A DNA stretch of 64,000 nt, from assembly GCA_012295275.1 (NCBI GenBank), contig CM022679.1:20522001-20586000 (forward strand). Direction: 5' to 3'. A program made the position numbers and the translations under genes. Under the pieces are notes generated by a model, which had not been told where the DNA came from, searched no databases, and saw only the letters and a list, made by a program, of their open reading frames with translations. Shown in pieces: positions 23,766-38,200 of the stretch. The first letter of the stretch is position 1, and each line of letters starts with the position of its first letter. Source of the DNA: Chrysomallon squamiferum (taxonomy: Eukaryota; Animalia; Mollusca).

Positions 23766-25064
23766 AACTGATAACGAAAATTGATCAGTGGTTCAGTACA
23801 AACAGTACAAACTACTTAAAGTAGATACTCAAAATAAAATTTTATGTTTGCAAAAATTAAAGCTAACTATAACTGTAGATCTTTTTAATAATGATTTCCT
23901 GATAAAAATATTCGAAGTTGTCATTCAAACAGTTCCAATTTTATAAAAAAAAAAAAAAAAAAAAAAAAATTAAATATTACCATTTTTAACAAACAGCGAT
24001 TTTAAGGGTCCTTTCTGAAGCGAGTTTGATTCTGACATAGGTTATTTCATTATGTATCATTTTTTTTTTCTTTCACACATTTGCAAAGTATATTTTATTT
24101 GTATGTGATGCCGAAGTTCCCATCAATTATTCATTTGCGCTAGACCATTCACATAGTAAAAAATTTAATGCTTGAAAATTCATAACTCCTTTTCTACATA
24201 GTTTTTATACCAAACTGATCAAAGTAAAAGGATAAATTAGAAAATCTGTAATTTTATTTATGGTGGGATGATGTTCACCTTTTTTCTTTTAACAAGTTTC
24301 AGTTTTCTTCAGTTTCAAGTTACGATCTTTACGCTAGTTAAGGTTTCATAATAATAAAAATGATTTTGGAGTGATCTTTCCTCCTCACGCTAATTTACAA
24401 CGAGAGTATATTAAAAACACTTGGACAAAAACCTGAATGGTTAATGAATTAAACTGTAATGGTACTTGCAAACTGTGCATACAGTTTATTAAGTTAAATT
24501 TCATTTGTATGAGAGTTAAGAAGTGACTTTTGGAAAGATGTTTTTGAATGAAGAAATGTCAAATCTATGTAAAGACTGAATAAAGAAATCTTTATTATTT
24601 ATTATGTAAGTCGTATGTTTTGAAGCAAGTTTCAAATAATATTTATAACAAGTTTAATTTTTCCTCCAGACCCTAATTAATCATACTTATTTTATCATCA
24701 GTTCCAATATTTATTTCCAAGGAATTGCCACAACCCAAGAACAATCTAATAAGAAGGTAGATACTACTGAATAAACAGTCATAAATGATAAGGCTATTTT
24801 TGAATCACGACACCTTTTGAGATACTGTAGTCATGTGACCGTAGCTTTTTGCTTTTAGGGTGATCAGAAATAAATAAACTATACAAAACTTTCAGAGCTT
24901 TTGTGTCGAAAGCCTTCTCTAGACTAACATTTTGTGATGTGTTCTTTCCAATGGTATATTTTTGAGAGGGGTCTCATGCTCGTAAATAGTCAAAAGAATT
25001 TACCGAAGTTTTTATTATTATTGTAGTTGTAGTTGTAGTTGTTGCTGTTGTTGTTGTTATACAT

Positions 25065-25095
<31 letters not shown>

Positions 25096-26024
25096 TTATT
25101 AAGTTGTTTTTAATCAAGGATTTTTTTTTTTTGTTATCGCTTTTAGGTTTTTGCTCATCTAGGAAACCCCCACATAATTCGCCCCTTGTATCTATATGTG
25201 TACATACGTATACGTATATGTGTACGTGTATACAAACATAAATATGTAGCTACGTATATATGTATGCATTTACAAATACATATTAATACATGATAGACTT
25301 TAGTGGTTTATAGTCACTATAATAATTATTATTATTATTAAGTTGTTTTATTATTATTATTATTATTTCGTTACGCCTCAAAAATAAGTGGGGAAAAAAA
25401 AAATCCATCTATACGGCTTCATTTAATATATAATTTTTTTTTCATTGTTTCTTATTAATTAAAATTATTTTTCTGTTTTTCACAGTATTCGATAATAATG
25501 TGTAGTAATTATAAAGAGGCCAAGTCATATTATTTAACACGATTTATTTATTAAATAAACAATTACACATACATTATATATATCATTATATATTTTTTTT
25601 TACCATTTTAAAATCGGTTGCAGCATATACTTTTGATCATGTGATATATTTCCTTGAATTTTGTTTATAAATTCAATCATTCGTTCTCCCTGAACAAAAT
25701 TACTTTAGCGATTAAAAACAAAAAACGTGCTTGGTGTGTGTGTGTGAGGTTATGACAAAATTTTGCAGTTTTTACAGTTTTATTTGGATAAGACCTTGTA
25801 CAAGAAAACAAAGAACTATAATTTTATTTATTTAAAATTTAACAATCAAAACAGTTTTGCCTACTGGAAATGGGAAATTGCACTTTGCATGATACAATAT
25901 AAAATGTCTTACTATTTTTGAAAAAATAAGAACAACTAAATAAAATTAAAAATGACGTGATTCGTATTGGGTTTGATAGTCCTCTATTTTCTTAAGCTTT
26001 TTAATTTTTTTAATTCTCACGTAT

Positions 26025-26077
<53 letters not shown>

Positions 26078-27093
26078 CATAAAATTTTGTTTTATTGATT
26101 CCCACGTACACATTTACAAAATTTGTAAAAGCCCAGACCTTAGTTTAAAATGAAAGTAATACGTGTAATATTTTTTATAACAGGCCTATTAATAATTCGA
26201 TTAATTTAGTCTTTAAACACCACAACACACGTATTTCGTTCCCATCTGTCGAAAGTGATTAACAGTGAGCGCTTACATGAATCAGCACGAACAAATGTTA
26301 CACTTTACATACGAGGATAGATACGCATTTATATAATAGTTTGTCACATCACATCTCATTAAAGTGTTGAATAAAGAATGCTATATCATATTTTGTTTCC
26401 GTTTATTTTTATTTTGTGTTATTCTTTTAAAAATTTTATTTTATCTTTAATTATTACTATCACTGTTTTTGAATTAAAGGCATTTACTGCTCTCACAGCT
26501 GTATAAATTCGAAATCAAAAGGAATTTATTCCCGTGAAATGAATTCATTTCAAGGCTGCTGATTTTCATAAATTTGTTTACAATGAATACATGACTGAAT
26601 ATCAGTATAAAATCGTGCATGTTTGAAAATGGGATGATTACATTAATATTTTGAAAAAAATAATAATAAAATAAATGAAGATAAAATAATAATGATAATA
26701 ATAATAACTGTCAGATCATAGCGAAATAAAAATTGAAGGCTCAGCAGGTATCCAAATCATAGCAAAGGTACAGTTTAGCATCAGAGCGCTGTTCGCATAA
26801 TCATAATAATTTGTTGTATGTTCAGACGTATTATATATATCTATTGCCAGCTACTCCAAAATATGACTAGTCGAGACAGTCTGCGATTATAATACGTACT
26901 GATAGAAAGAAAATATCAGCAAATGAAACTATTTGTTATGGATGGTGAACGATGAAATAACAGTTTCTGGCTACATTTATTTTATTTATTTATTTTCAGA
27001 TTATTTTATTAATTTGTTTATTTTTAATAAAATGAAAGAAAAAAACGCTGAATAATCTGAAAGTACATTTAAAAAAAAAAAAAAAAAAAAAAT

Positions 27094-27340
27094 ATGGATT
27101 TCGATAACCTCAAAAGAAAATATTACCGATATATCAATGGAATGGTCTATGATCTTCTGTGGTGTCTAAATTCTATCTGCGGACTTATGTTGAAAGCTCC
27201 CGAGCGTGAACGAAACAGCGAGCCACATACAAATAATATTAAACGATGCAAGTTTAAAAGAAACAGTAAAGAGAACGAGGATGATGATGACTACTGGTAT
27301 TATTATCCACACAAAATGACAAATGGATATTCAAGATGTG
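27094..27340 (+). CDS. Candidate alternative first coding exon of SGSM3 (82 codons, phase-1 donor)
   Basis: The ATG-initiated open frame ends TGT G|GTAAGT. This is the same phase as the 28684-28750 first exon and is in frame with the exon at 29723/29726. No homology recognised. Confidence 0.4.
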
Positions 27341-27572
27341 GTAAGTATTTCAACCTGATATCAAAAAACACACTGGTTGAGCTTTAGCTAAATATTATTA
27401 TTATTATTATTATTATTATTAGTAGTAGTAGTAGTAGTAGTAGTAGCAGAAATAGTAGTAGTAGTAGTGGTTGTGCATGATTAACGTTTTTGCGTGTAGT
27501 AATACCGGTCATGGCTATTTGTGTCAGTGTTGGAACGACTGACAAGCAAAATTGGATTTATTCACTTTGATA

Positions 27573-27637
<65 letters not shown>

Positions 27638-28683
27638 GTTGACAATAAAATAAAAACTCATGGCAAAATATTAAGCAAAACTGCTAACATTAACAAAGGG
27701 TAGATCTAAATTGCCATATTTGCGCATTTTATTTTTTTTATTTAATCTTGCATCAAATCAATAAAACTAAAATATTCAGTAAAACCTATGTTGTCAAAGC
27801 ATAAACATAAGTTATAATATTAAATTTACACATATACACATGTTTAAATCGTGTGTTACTAATATATTAAGTAGGCGCAAGGAATACCATTACAGTGAAA
27901 CCTCTTTATAATGCCGATGTTGGCGTTATGCGAGTTTGATAGTTTACTATTTCAAAATAATAAAAGTATTAAAAAGAATAAAAACTTACAACTGAATTAC
28001 GTAAAACTTTACTGTGACGAAACGGATACATGCCTCTAGCTGTCACAGATTCATGTATGTATCAGTTAATCTCAACAACCTGATACTATCAAAGATGCCA
28101 ACGCATTTTTTTCATATTGCTATGCATGTTGATTATCTTTGAATATAATTTTTGAATTCATGAAATAGGACACAGAATGAAATTTGGTTTACTTGGTAAT
28201 AGAAGACAATATGTCTTGGAAGCGGTTTATCGGCTAATTTTGGTTTACTTTTGCATTAGATTATGTCGTCTTAGTCTTGGCGGACGGATAGCTGAGGACT
28301 GTAAAATATGTTTTAACTGTACGTCCATATCGCCTACGCACTCCCCAGAAAATGAATGGCTTCACTATGCTTTGCGCCTAATTACACACAAAATAATCCG
28401 TTTTATTATGCATGATATTTAAAAGATACAAGCACATTTTTTAATTTTATGGATTAATAAACAAATTAGATATCTGTATTATATATTCTAAATATCATCC
28501 AAATTATGTTTTTCTCATAACGCGGTGACCTAATAAAAAGATATTAATGCGCCTGTGATGTATTTGCATATACGTCAATGCCAATGGAGCAAATGTGACG
28601 AGAACATTTTTTTTTTGTTGTTATCATTAGTTTTAGGTACTATGTCCTTTAGTAACATTTTATAGGTTGTCATTAACTCCAGC

Positions 28684-29030
28684 ATGGAATTAGCCAAAGC
28701 AGTATTTGGCACTCATTCTGCAGACGGATACAGCAGCAAGGTGACAACTGGTAAGTTGAAAATACTGGAAATTGTAAGATGTAAACATGAAAGATGTAAG
28801 ACTTGCCACATCACATTTTAGATATTCCATTTGATGTCAGTTTTATATTTGAAATTTCCAGTTTGTGAATCATAATTTGTTGATAATATTTTGGTTTAAT
28901 ACATATTCAAGTAATACCCAAGAAATAATATATGTATTATATATATTTTTTATTTTGAAGTAATGAAAAGTGTGTGGGTTTTTCTATAGAAGGGAGGTAA
29001 TAGCGTTTTGGAATAATAATAATAATAATA

Positions 29031-29080
<50 letters not shown>

Positions 29081-29196
29081 TAAAGACGAAGTCTTAAGAA
29101 TAATTAACTGAAAATATGTGCCCGCAAAGTTATTTACACAAAACTGATTTTTGTCGAAATCAATTAAAAAACGTATTTACATCAGTGTAATTTTAT

Positions 29197-29264
<68 letters not shown>

Positions 29265-32200
29265 TAGTGACATAATAAACGTGAGAATAATTATAATACT
29301 AACACAGTAACAGTCCATTGTACTTTTTTCTTTTTGTTACGTTTAGAGATAACTGAACTTAAACTTGAAAGCAACACGTTACACTGTCTAATAAAACTTG
29401 TTCAATAAACCTTATTTTTATTACAGTTCATTCTGGTAAGAAATTAAAAAGAAATTTTATGGATAGTAGAAGTTATGAGTTCATTTATATTAATAAAGAT
29501 AGGTAACAAACATGTATCCCATATGATTAGCTCACCAAATTAAACAGCAAAAATTTGGAGGATTCAGTAAATAATGAACATGCTTAGGTATGAAGAATAT
29601 TTAGTTAAAATCCTAACCACGGGTTCAAAGGATTATGGTTATCAGATATATTTATATTGTATTCATTTTTCAGTATTAAATGAAATCACTAATACTGCTA
29701 CAATATTATTTATGTTTTGCAGCAGACACATTGTCAGAAGATGAAGAGGACATTGGACCTAGCTGCAGTGTTGAAGGTGTCAGTGTTTCAGCTTGTCCAT
29801 CTAGCACAACTGAATTTGTGCCAACACCCGGAGGTCATTTCTCAGCTCTGACACCTTCCATGTGGCCACAGGATCTTATCCAGAAACTTGGAAATTCAGT
29901 ATGTTCAGCCATCAAATAAATACATTTTTATTAATCATATTTTAACAACTAATTTCTATTTCTGTCAGCCCCTGTATGTTTGTATGCTCAAACAAATGCA
30001 TCCATATATGAGAATGCAAGTATGGAATATTCATCCTTTTTTGAGATATGTAGCAGATATTTTATAAGCACTATTCTAATCAACAGTATTTGAAATAAGG
30101 AATTTGAAGGAAAGATGAGAAAATTAAATTTTGTGACATTATTGAGAAAAAAGAATCACCTATACAAACCATCTTAGTATCTGCCATATTAAATTTTAAC
30201 CATGTTTCTCATTTGTTGTAAAGAGTTTCTGTATGCACTGAAATAATCAATAGCCGTATAATTACTTCACCAGTTAATGCTGACTAATGACATACAAGTG
30301 TGTGTGTATATATATATGTACATCAATCTCAACGTTATTTTTTGGTTCCTAAATAAAATTATTTCTATATATGATTAGAAAATGCTAGTTTTTTTTTTTC
30401 TTTTTTTTAAAGTTTAAATTTCTTGTTTTCACTTCTTCATATAATTAATTTTAAATATAATTATGCATGATAGTAATGAGAAAGTTAATTTCACTTTGTT
30501 TCCAAATTTAACATTTATGATATCATTTATGTGTATTTGTTAAAGCACTGTATTAAATCACATTAAAAACATATTTGCCAGAAATTAACAAAATAACATC
30601 AAATGTTTTGAATAGAATAGTATTCATAAACAAAAAAATCATAATGTTATATAAGGATTTATGAAAGATAGTTGGGTTTTGATTTTTTTATTCTTTATTT
30701 TTAATTATTATTATTGTTATTAATTTCTTTTATCACATTAATAAGGAACAATTTGCTATTTAGTATCTGACATAAAACATGGAAGTTACTTCATGAATAC
30801 TAATCATTTGTTTTAAAAAAAAAGAAAATTATGAAACCTAAATATATATTTAAATTTATTAATATCAAATGCCTCAAACTGAAATGCAACCATTTTATTT
30901 AAAGCAAACAATATTTCAGAAATCATTTTTCACATTTTTATTTAAAAAGTATTTGATATTTTTATTTAATTTGTTTTGATTTAGCTTGAAGGAGATTTGA
31001 CGGGTCAGCTTGATTACCATTACGATGAATTTGGCTTTAAAGTTGAAGAAGAAGGTATGTTTTCAGAAAATAATAAATAAATTATCAAGTGATTAAATGA
31101 TGACCTCAGTCATTTTCAGTGATTAAGTTTAATAACTTGTTTATGTTATAAGAAGACAAGTTTTTGTCAAAGTTTATTATACATTTTTTAATGTTTATTC
31201 AGACAAATTGTAATTCATATGTGTCATGAATTTTATCTTTTATTTAATGGGAGGAGTATTCAAAATATTTTGAAGGTTTTAGTATAAATGAAAATGTTAA
31301 ATAAATCCATTATATTTTATAATTTTAGGTTGTTACATGTGTGTGTGTGTGTGTGTGTGTAGTTGAGTATTCTTTTTAAAGTGCAATTATTATTGTAGCA
31401 GTTCATCTAACCTAATAATTTCAGAATTGAAATTTACTTATTATTTATTTCGAGTTATAATGATGTTTATGCTTAATTATTATTATTATTATTTAATTTA
31501 AAAAAAATATATTTACAGATGGCCCTGAAGAGAATTCCAGTAAACTTCTCAGTATGCCGTTCATTGAGGATCCACAACATCGACTTAAGTGGACAGCTTA
31601 TCTAGAATTTACGCACAATAATGAAGTTGGAGACCTCACATGGGACAAGGTAACACATACATTAATATTAGTATACAGTATACAGTAAAGACTATGACAT
31701 AATAAAACATTAAAATGATCTTTTAGCTCACCAAATTTTTATCTATTGGGGTGAAAATAATCCAAAAATATTTTAAAATTATTGTTATTGTCTTGGTTTT
31801 CATTCATTATCATTTTAAAAAAAAAAGATGTCTTAATTAACTTTAGTATGTTCATATTAGATATTGTCATTAGTCTTTATTTTTAATGTGCAGTATTTAA
31901 TTTTTTCATGTTTTGAAAAACAATAAGTTAGCATTTGAATTAAATAATGAATATAAATAAATTAAAAAATTAAAAAATTATCATAGCCACATATGCCTAT
32001 ATGTATGTAATTACATATGTGTTAGACCAAAATAGGCTAATTATGTTTATCATAATTTAAGTTTCATATAATTAACTCCTTCAGTCACTGTATAAGCCAT
32101 CATGTATTTGTGTTGGGATATCACCACATATTTTTTAATTTGTTAATTCTATAACATTTCAGGTTGATGCAACCATAGCCAGGTCAGAAAAGCTTCGTGG

Positions 32201-35200
32201 CATGGTGCAGCAGGGAATTCCCCATTCTCTTCGGCCTCAGATCTGGATGCGACTGTCAGGTGCTTTAGAGAAGAAGCTGAAATCTGACCTCTCCTACAAA
32301 GATGTTGTTAAAGCCAGCTCCAATGATCATCTCATGTCTTCAAAACAAATAGAAAAGGTACTAGAAATATTAAATTTCAATCTATTTTGTTGTGATTTTT
32401 ATCTAGTAAATAAGCATTACATTCAGCATGTTAAAAACCCCATATAGACTTTTGCATATCTTATGTAATTGTGGATTGATGATACAGAACTTGTGTTTTC
32501 ATGTGGAAAATGCAGCTTTTACATTTAAATAGATTTTACATGTAATTAATATGGACCCACTCATGATGTAAAGAAATCTAGATCATCTTGAGTTTCCAGC
32601 TTGTAAGATAAATGGTCTAGTTTCTTTATAACACAAATGCACAGATTATATTTCTGATATGAATATTTCATTTATGTTTTTTTGGAAATAAAGTTTTTTT
32701 TTTTTTGGTGGTTTATTTCAGGATTTGTTGAGGACAATGCCTAGTAATGCTTGTTACTGTAACATCAACAGTACAGGAATTCCAAGACTACGGCGAATAC
32801 TGCGCAGTCTTGCATGGCTTTATCCTGATATTGGTTACTGTCAGGGAACTGGCGTGGTATGTTATTTATACTTCTACATTTAGAAAAGTATTTCTGTGGG
32901 ACAGATTTTAAATGTGTTACTGAATGAGAGTTGATAGCTGTTTAATGAATGAATGCTTAAGCTATTGGGTGTCAGATAGAGGTACGAATAACAGCTATTT
33001 AATTCAGTTTCATTTTAAATAACTTTAAAAATATATAACATAGGTTGACATTAATTTTGCAAAAAAAAATGAAAAAAATTACTTAATTCATTTTAACATC
33101 ATAGGTTGTATTTGAAAATATCACAATGATTTAGTCAACAGCAGTATTAGATAATTTTGTTTTAAAGTTTGATTTTGTTTAAAATTTAAATTAAATTTTT
33201 AAGTGTAAGAATTGATGATTATATAATAATTTTCAAAACATACATGCTTTAGTATTAATTCTGGTTTATATAAATTGTATATAATTGTATTTTAAAACGA
33301 CAATTTTATTTATAATTATGTTTATAGTGCTTATTTTTTCATTCTTCATTTTGTTAGATAGCTGCATCTCTTTTGCTATTTTTGGAAGAAGAAGATACCT
33401 ACTGGATGATGTGTGCCATCATAGAAGACCTCCTTCCAGCATCATATTACTCAAGTACTCTGATTGGCATCCAGGTAGACATCTAATACTATCAATAAAG
33501 ATGTTCTTAATTTACGCCAACCATGTTGATATATTTCTATCCCACCAGATCTAAAAGATATGTGACTACCAGTCTCTTAATACCAGTTATTCCAAATATT
33601 TGACATAAGTATCCTTCCATTTGAAGAAGTCAGTTTATCAGAAGTGTACCCTGACATGTGATATCTAACAACACTATTTTTTAATAAACAAGAAAATGAC
33701 TGAATTTTGCAATAATGGGATATCAGACTGGTGTGTTATTACCTATTGCACTTTAGAAATTTTAGTTACATATATTTTATCTTTGTGTTGCAGGCAGATC
33801 AACGAGTATTAAGACAGTTGGTGATTAGTTATTTGCCTGACATAGATTTGGTACTCAAGGAACATGACATTGGTAAGAAAATCAGTGTGTGCACATTTCA
33901 GTCTAACAAGCATTTGAAGAAATGAAAATTAACAGCTTATTTATTATCCTATTTATTCTACTTACATTTGTTAGAAAATATTAATAAAACCTTCTGTGTA
34001 AATAAAAGCAACAGAACAGTTTAAGTGAGACTGATATTTAATTGATAATTAATATGTCAAAAGCAGTGACGTACTCATGGAAGGAATGTTTCTTTTTATT
34101 GTTTTTATTTTTTTTTTATATATTTAATTTAATTTTATTCTTTTTCTATTGCCAGAAACTTTTATCTCCCTAATCCAACAAATATAATTCTACATTTTGT
34201 TTCTATTCATCATTATCCAGAATTCAAAATCAAAAACCTAAGATTATTAATATTCATTTTTAGATAATTCAGCTGTTAGGAAGAAAACATTTATTTAAAC
34301 TTAATAATTTGCATGTTTGCTTAGCTTGTGACTAACAGCATCTGCTATGCATGATGGGTAATTTCAGAGCTCTCACTAATCAGCCTTCACTGGTTCCTGA
34401 CCCTCTTTGCCAGTGTAGTTCACATGAAAGTTTTGGTTCGACTTTGGGATCTTTTCTTCTGTGATGGGTCAGTGGTTCTTTTCCAGATAACTTTAGGCAT
34501 GCTTAAACTCAAGGTAAGTGTGTGCATGACTATAATATTTATAATCAAAATATATCACTTTATTTAATAATACATTGTAAAATTGTTTAATAAAAGAATA
34601 CTTTGACTGTTGACTGCAATTTCTTTTGGCTGGATTTATTGAAAGCAGTTTGTTGACTGCACAATTGAAAACAAAATAATAATAAAAATAATAAAAAAAT
34701 TCGTAGAAATAAAAATAATGTGTATGTGTGTGCATGTATGCATGTGCACTACTTATTACCAACCTAGTCCAGAATAGGCTTATTTGCCAGGAGTGGGCCA
34801 AGTTTATTTCCAAATAAAAGATAATGAATTGGTTGTTAAAAAAACAGGAAAACATGATTATGTTTAGTAAACTGAAATAGACATTAGTATATTGTATTAT
34901 TCTTACGAATATATATACATATCTACAACAGAATAAAAAGTAAAAAAGTTTGTCATTTAAAATATTTTTACAAACATTCATGTCATTTGATATTAAAAAA
35001 AAAAAAAAATATTTGGCTTTAGTCGAGGTTCTATACTTTGATTTTCCAGTGAACCAAACATGTCTGGGTTGGCTTTCTGACCTGATTCTTTCAGATATTT
35101 TGGTTTGGTGGTTATTAAAGTCAGAATCAAATAGAACAATTGTATACAAAAGCTTTATTATTTATTTATCTTTTATCTTTTCTGGTGATGAGAGGGATCA

Positions 35201-38200
35201 AAAGGTTTTACAAAAATAATATTACCATAATTAGTTTATTATGATTTTGTTAGGATATATGTTGAATTGTTTAAACATCAAAAATTTATGTTGAGCTTTC
35301 TTGTGAGCATGAGCCTATTCCACGTCAGTTAGAGTATATATATATATAGTTATTTTTGGTGGAGTTTATTATTTTCATTCATAGTTTAAAACATATTGAA
35401 GGTGTTGATTTCAGTATTCTTCTCAGATTGTTGATCCCTGTAAAAATCATTTTGACACTTCAAGATACAAGAATTTTTATTTTTGTTTTTTTAGATGGGC
35501 TTTAACAAGGTACAAACAACAATTCTCACTGTTAAATGATTGATATTCACCTCACTGAAAGAACAGTCACTGGGAATATCTTTAATAGTTCATTTAAACA
35601 GCTTTTTATGAAGGTTTTAAAAAAAATGAAGACATTCACAAAATAAATAGCTTAAAATAAATTAACATAAACTTATGATTCCACCAAATTTTATTTTTAT
35701 TTTCCTTATATAATTTATAAGCTATAAAATATTTGTTACGGTTTCCTTTCTTTGATGGTGCTAAAGTAAAAAGAATATAAAGTAATTTAAAAAATAGAGT
35801 ATTTTTGAGCTTTAAGTAAAATACTAAACTCTTGTATCTTTTAGGAGTCTGAACTGAAAAAGCTTGACAATTCAGCACAGATATTTAATGCCCTGTCAGA
35901 TGTGCCTGGTGATGTACAAGATGTTGAAGACTTGATTGAGGTAAGTCTTATCTTTTTAACATCAGAGCTTTTCGCAAATTAGTGTGTGTTTATATGTGTC
36001 TGGTTATGTTTATTCACACACATACACGTGGAAAAATGGTATTGACAAGAGACTAATCTATCCTGTGAAAATAAAAAATACATGAATATGTATATTACAA
36101 GACTGTTAATCAGCAAACAAATTTATATATATAAAGTGTTGGAAGAGCTAATATGATTGCTGATATATTTAAATAGACATCATTACTATATTTTAAATCC
36201 TATATAACACAGGTTTGATGTTGTATCAGATAATGATGGAAGTATCATTGTTAACATTTAAAAACATAACATTGCAAATTCTATGTATTTTAGATTTTTA
36301 CATTTCATTAAGTAATCAAACAACAGTTTATAGTCTATAATCACATATCTTTGTTTTTACATTCCATTAAATAATAAAAGCTTTCTGAACTACTGACAGA
36401 TATCTTTATCAGTTCTGATTTTATATCTGAGGATGAAATAAAGCTAGCAAGATATCTTTATCAGTTCTGATTTTATATCTGAGGATGAAATAAAGTTAGC
36501 AAGATAAACTATTTAAATAAGCAGTTTATTAGAATTTTACATCCTATATATCTTTGTTTTGGTATTACATCAAGCAGTGAAACAAAAGACAGTGTGCATA
36601 TTTAGACAACTTATTAGTGGTTGGATGATTAATAAACCACAGCTGCTCTTCAAATAATTGTTTTCTAGTTAATCATCAGCCAAATGTATGTGTGTTCATA
36701 GCATGAGGTGTTTGAATGAAGTTGTTATTACAATACCAGCAGCATTTGATCATCAGCCAGCATCGTACATGTACTTCAGAACAGTGAAATTCAAAATGAA
36801 AATATAATTACTAATAAAAATATTTATCTTTAAACTGAATCAATAATTAATTACTATATTTTTTAAATTTTCTGTCTGACACATCCCAGGAGTTTTAATA
36901 ATGTTTTTATTTTTTAAATAAATGTCAGTGTTAATTACATTTCAACTGTTAATATACATGAAACATTTACATAGCAAGTTTAAAAATAAAAAAACGTAGC
37001 TTAAAACCTTAATAACTGTCTAACTTATCATGTCAAAAACAGTGAAATTACAATTTATCAATAAATAAAAAAATAAAATAAAAAATGTAAATAAATAAAT
37101 AAATAAATAATAATAATAATTTCTTAATACAGTGGATGGCACTGAAACTAAATGGGTTCACATCAGTAATTAGCATTAGATTGTTTTTTTCAATTTGATG
37201 GCTTTGACAAACATGCTCTTTTACTATTTTAATTCTAAAATTATCCTAATATAGTTGAAGTTAATTGGGATAAATTTCTTCATAATGTAAAACATAGAAC
37301 ATGATAATCAGATACTTTTAGCAGTGCTTTTCTTTTTCGGTTAATATTTGAACTGCAGGTTTCAACATACATAAAATAAAGTATTCAGCAGAACACTATA
37401 GGAAAACCATTGACTGAAAGGAAAATGTTTTCAATTTGTAAATTAAAAGCAAAATATTATTCCTTATTATTACCTTGAAAACAACATATAATAAAATAAA
37501 TGTTAACAAGAAACTAAAAAGTAATCTAGAATAATTTTAAAAGGCTACACAACTCTAATATATAAAACTCTGATAATAACGTCTTTGCTGGTTTCTATAT
37601 TATAGAATATTTTTGAGAGAAAAAAATATTTTTACATTATAAATTTATAGTCTTTGGTTTAGTTTGTAGCTAATAAACATAATAAAATGGCTCTTACTTT
37701 ATAACCAAAACCACCCACAAAAATTTACAGTTACTGTGTATGCATTTTACATTTATAGAATTAAGCTGTAATGCAGTTTGTATGTGAACATAAATACATC
37801 CCATTTATTTTTACCTGCACTGAGATCAACAGGTGTGCTGTGTTTGTCATTAATGATAATATACAGATTTTGTTTATTACCTTCTGTACATGTACTTTTA
37901 TTACCTTTAGATAGATTAGTACATTACATATGCTGTGCATATATCATTATTGAACTTTGCTGAAACTATATGCTTAATATGCTGGAGTAAACTGTTAATG
38001 CAGTTGGTTACATACTTTATGTATTTTGCTGAAACCATCCATATAAAATAAGCACTTTATTTCACCATCATAAAATATTGATTTTGTCCCAGGGCCTTGT
38101 TTACCACATGTTGCACACATACAGGACAGCCATAACTGTGATGTGACACTGCAGAGTAGTGAAAAATAAGTCTTTCACTGCCTGTCTTATTTCATTTTTT

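Noticed and set aside
34493-35149. 218-aa minus-strand ORF
   Set aside because: Low-complexity F/Y/I/N-rich translation of an AT-rich SGSM3 intron on the antisense strand, with no domain.
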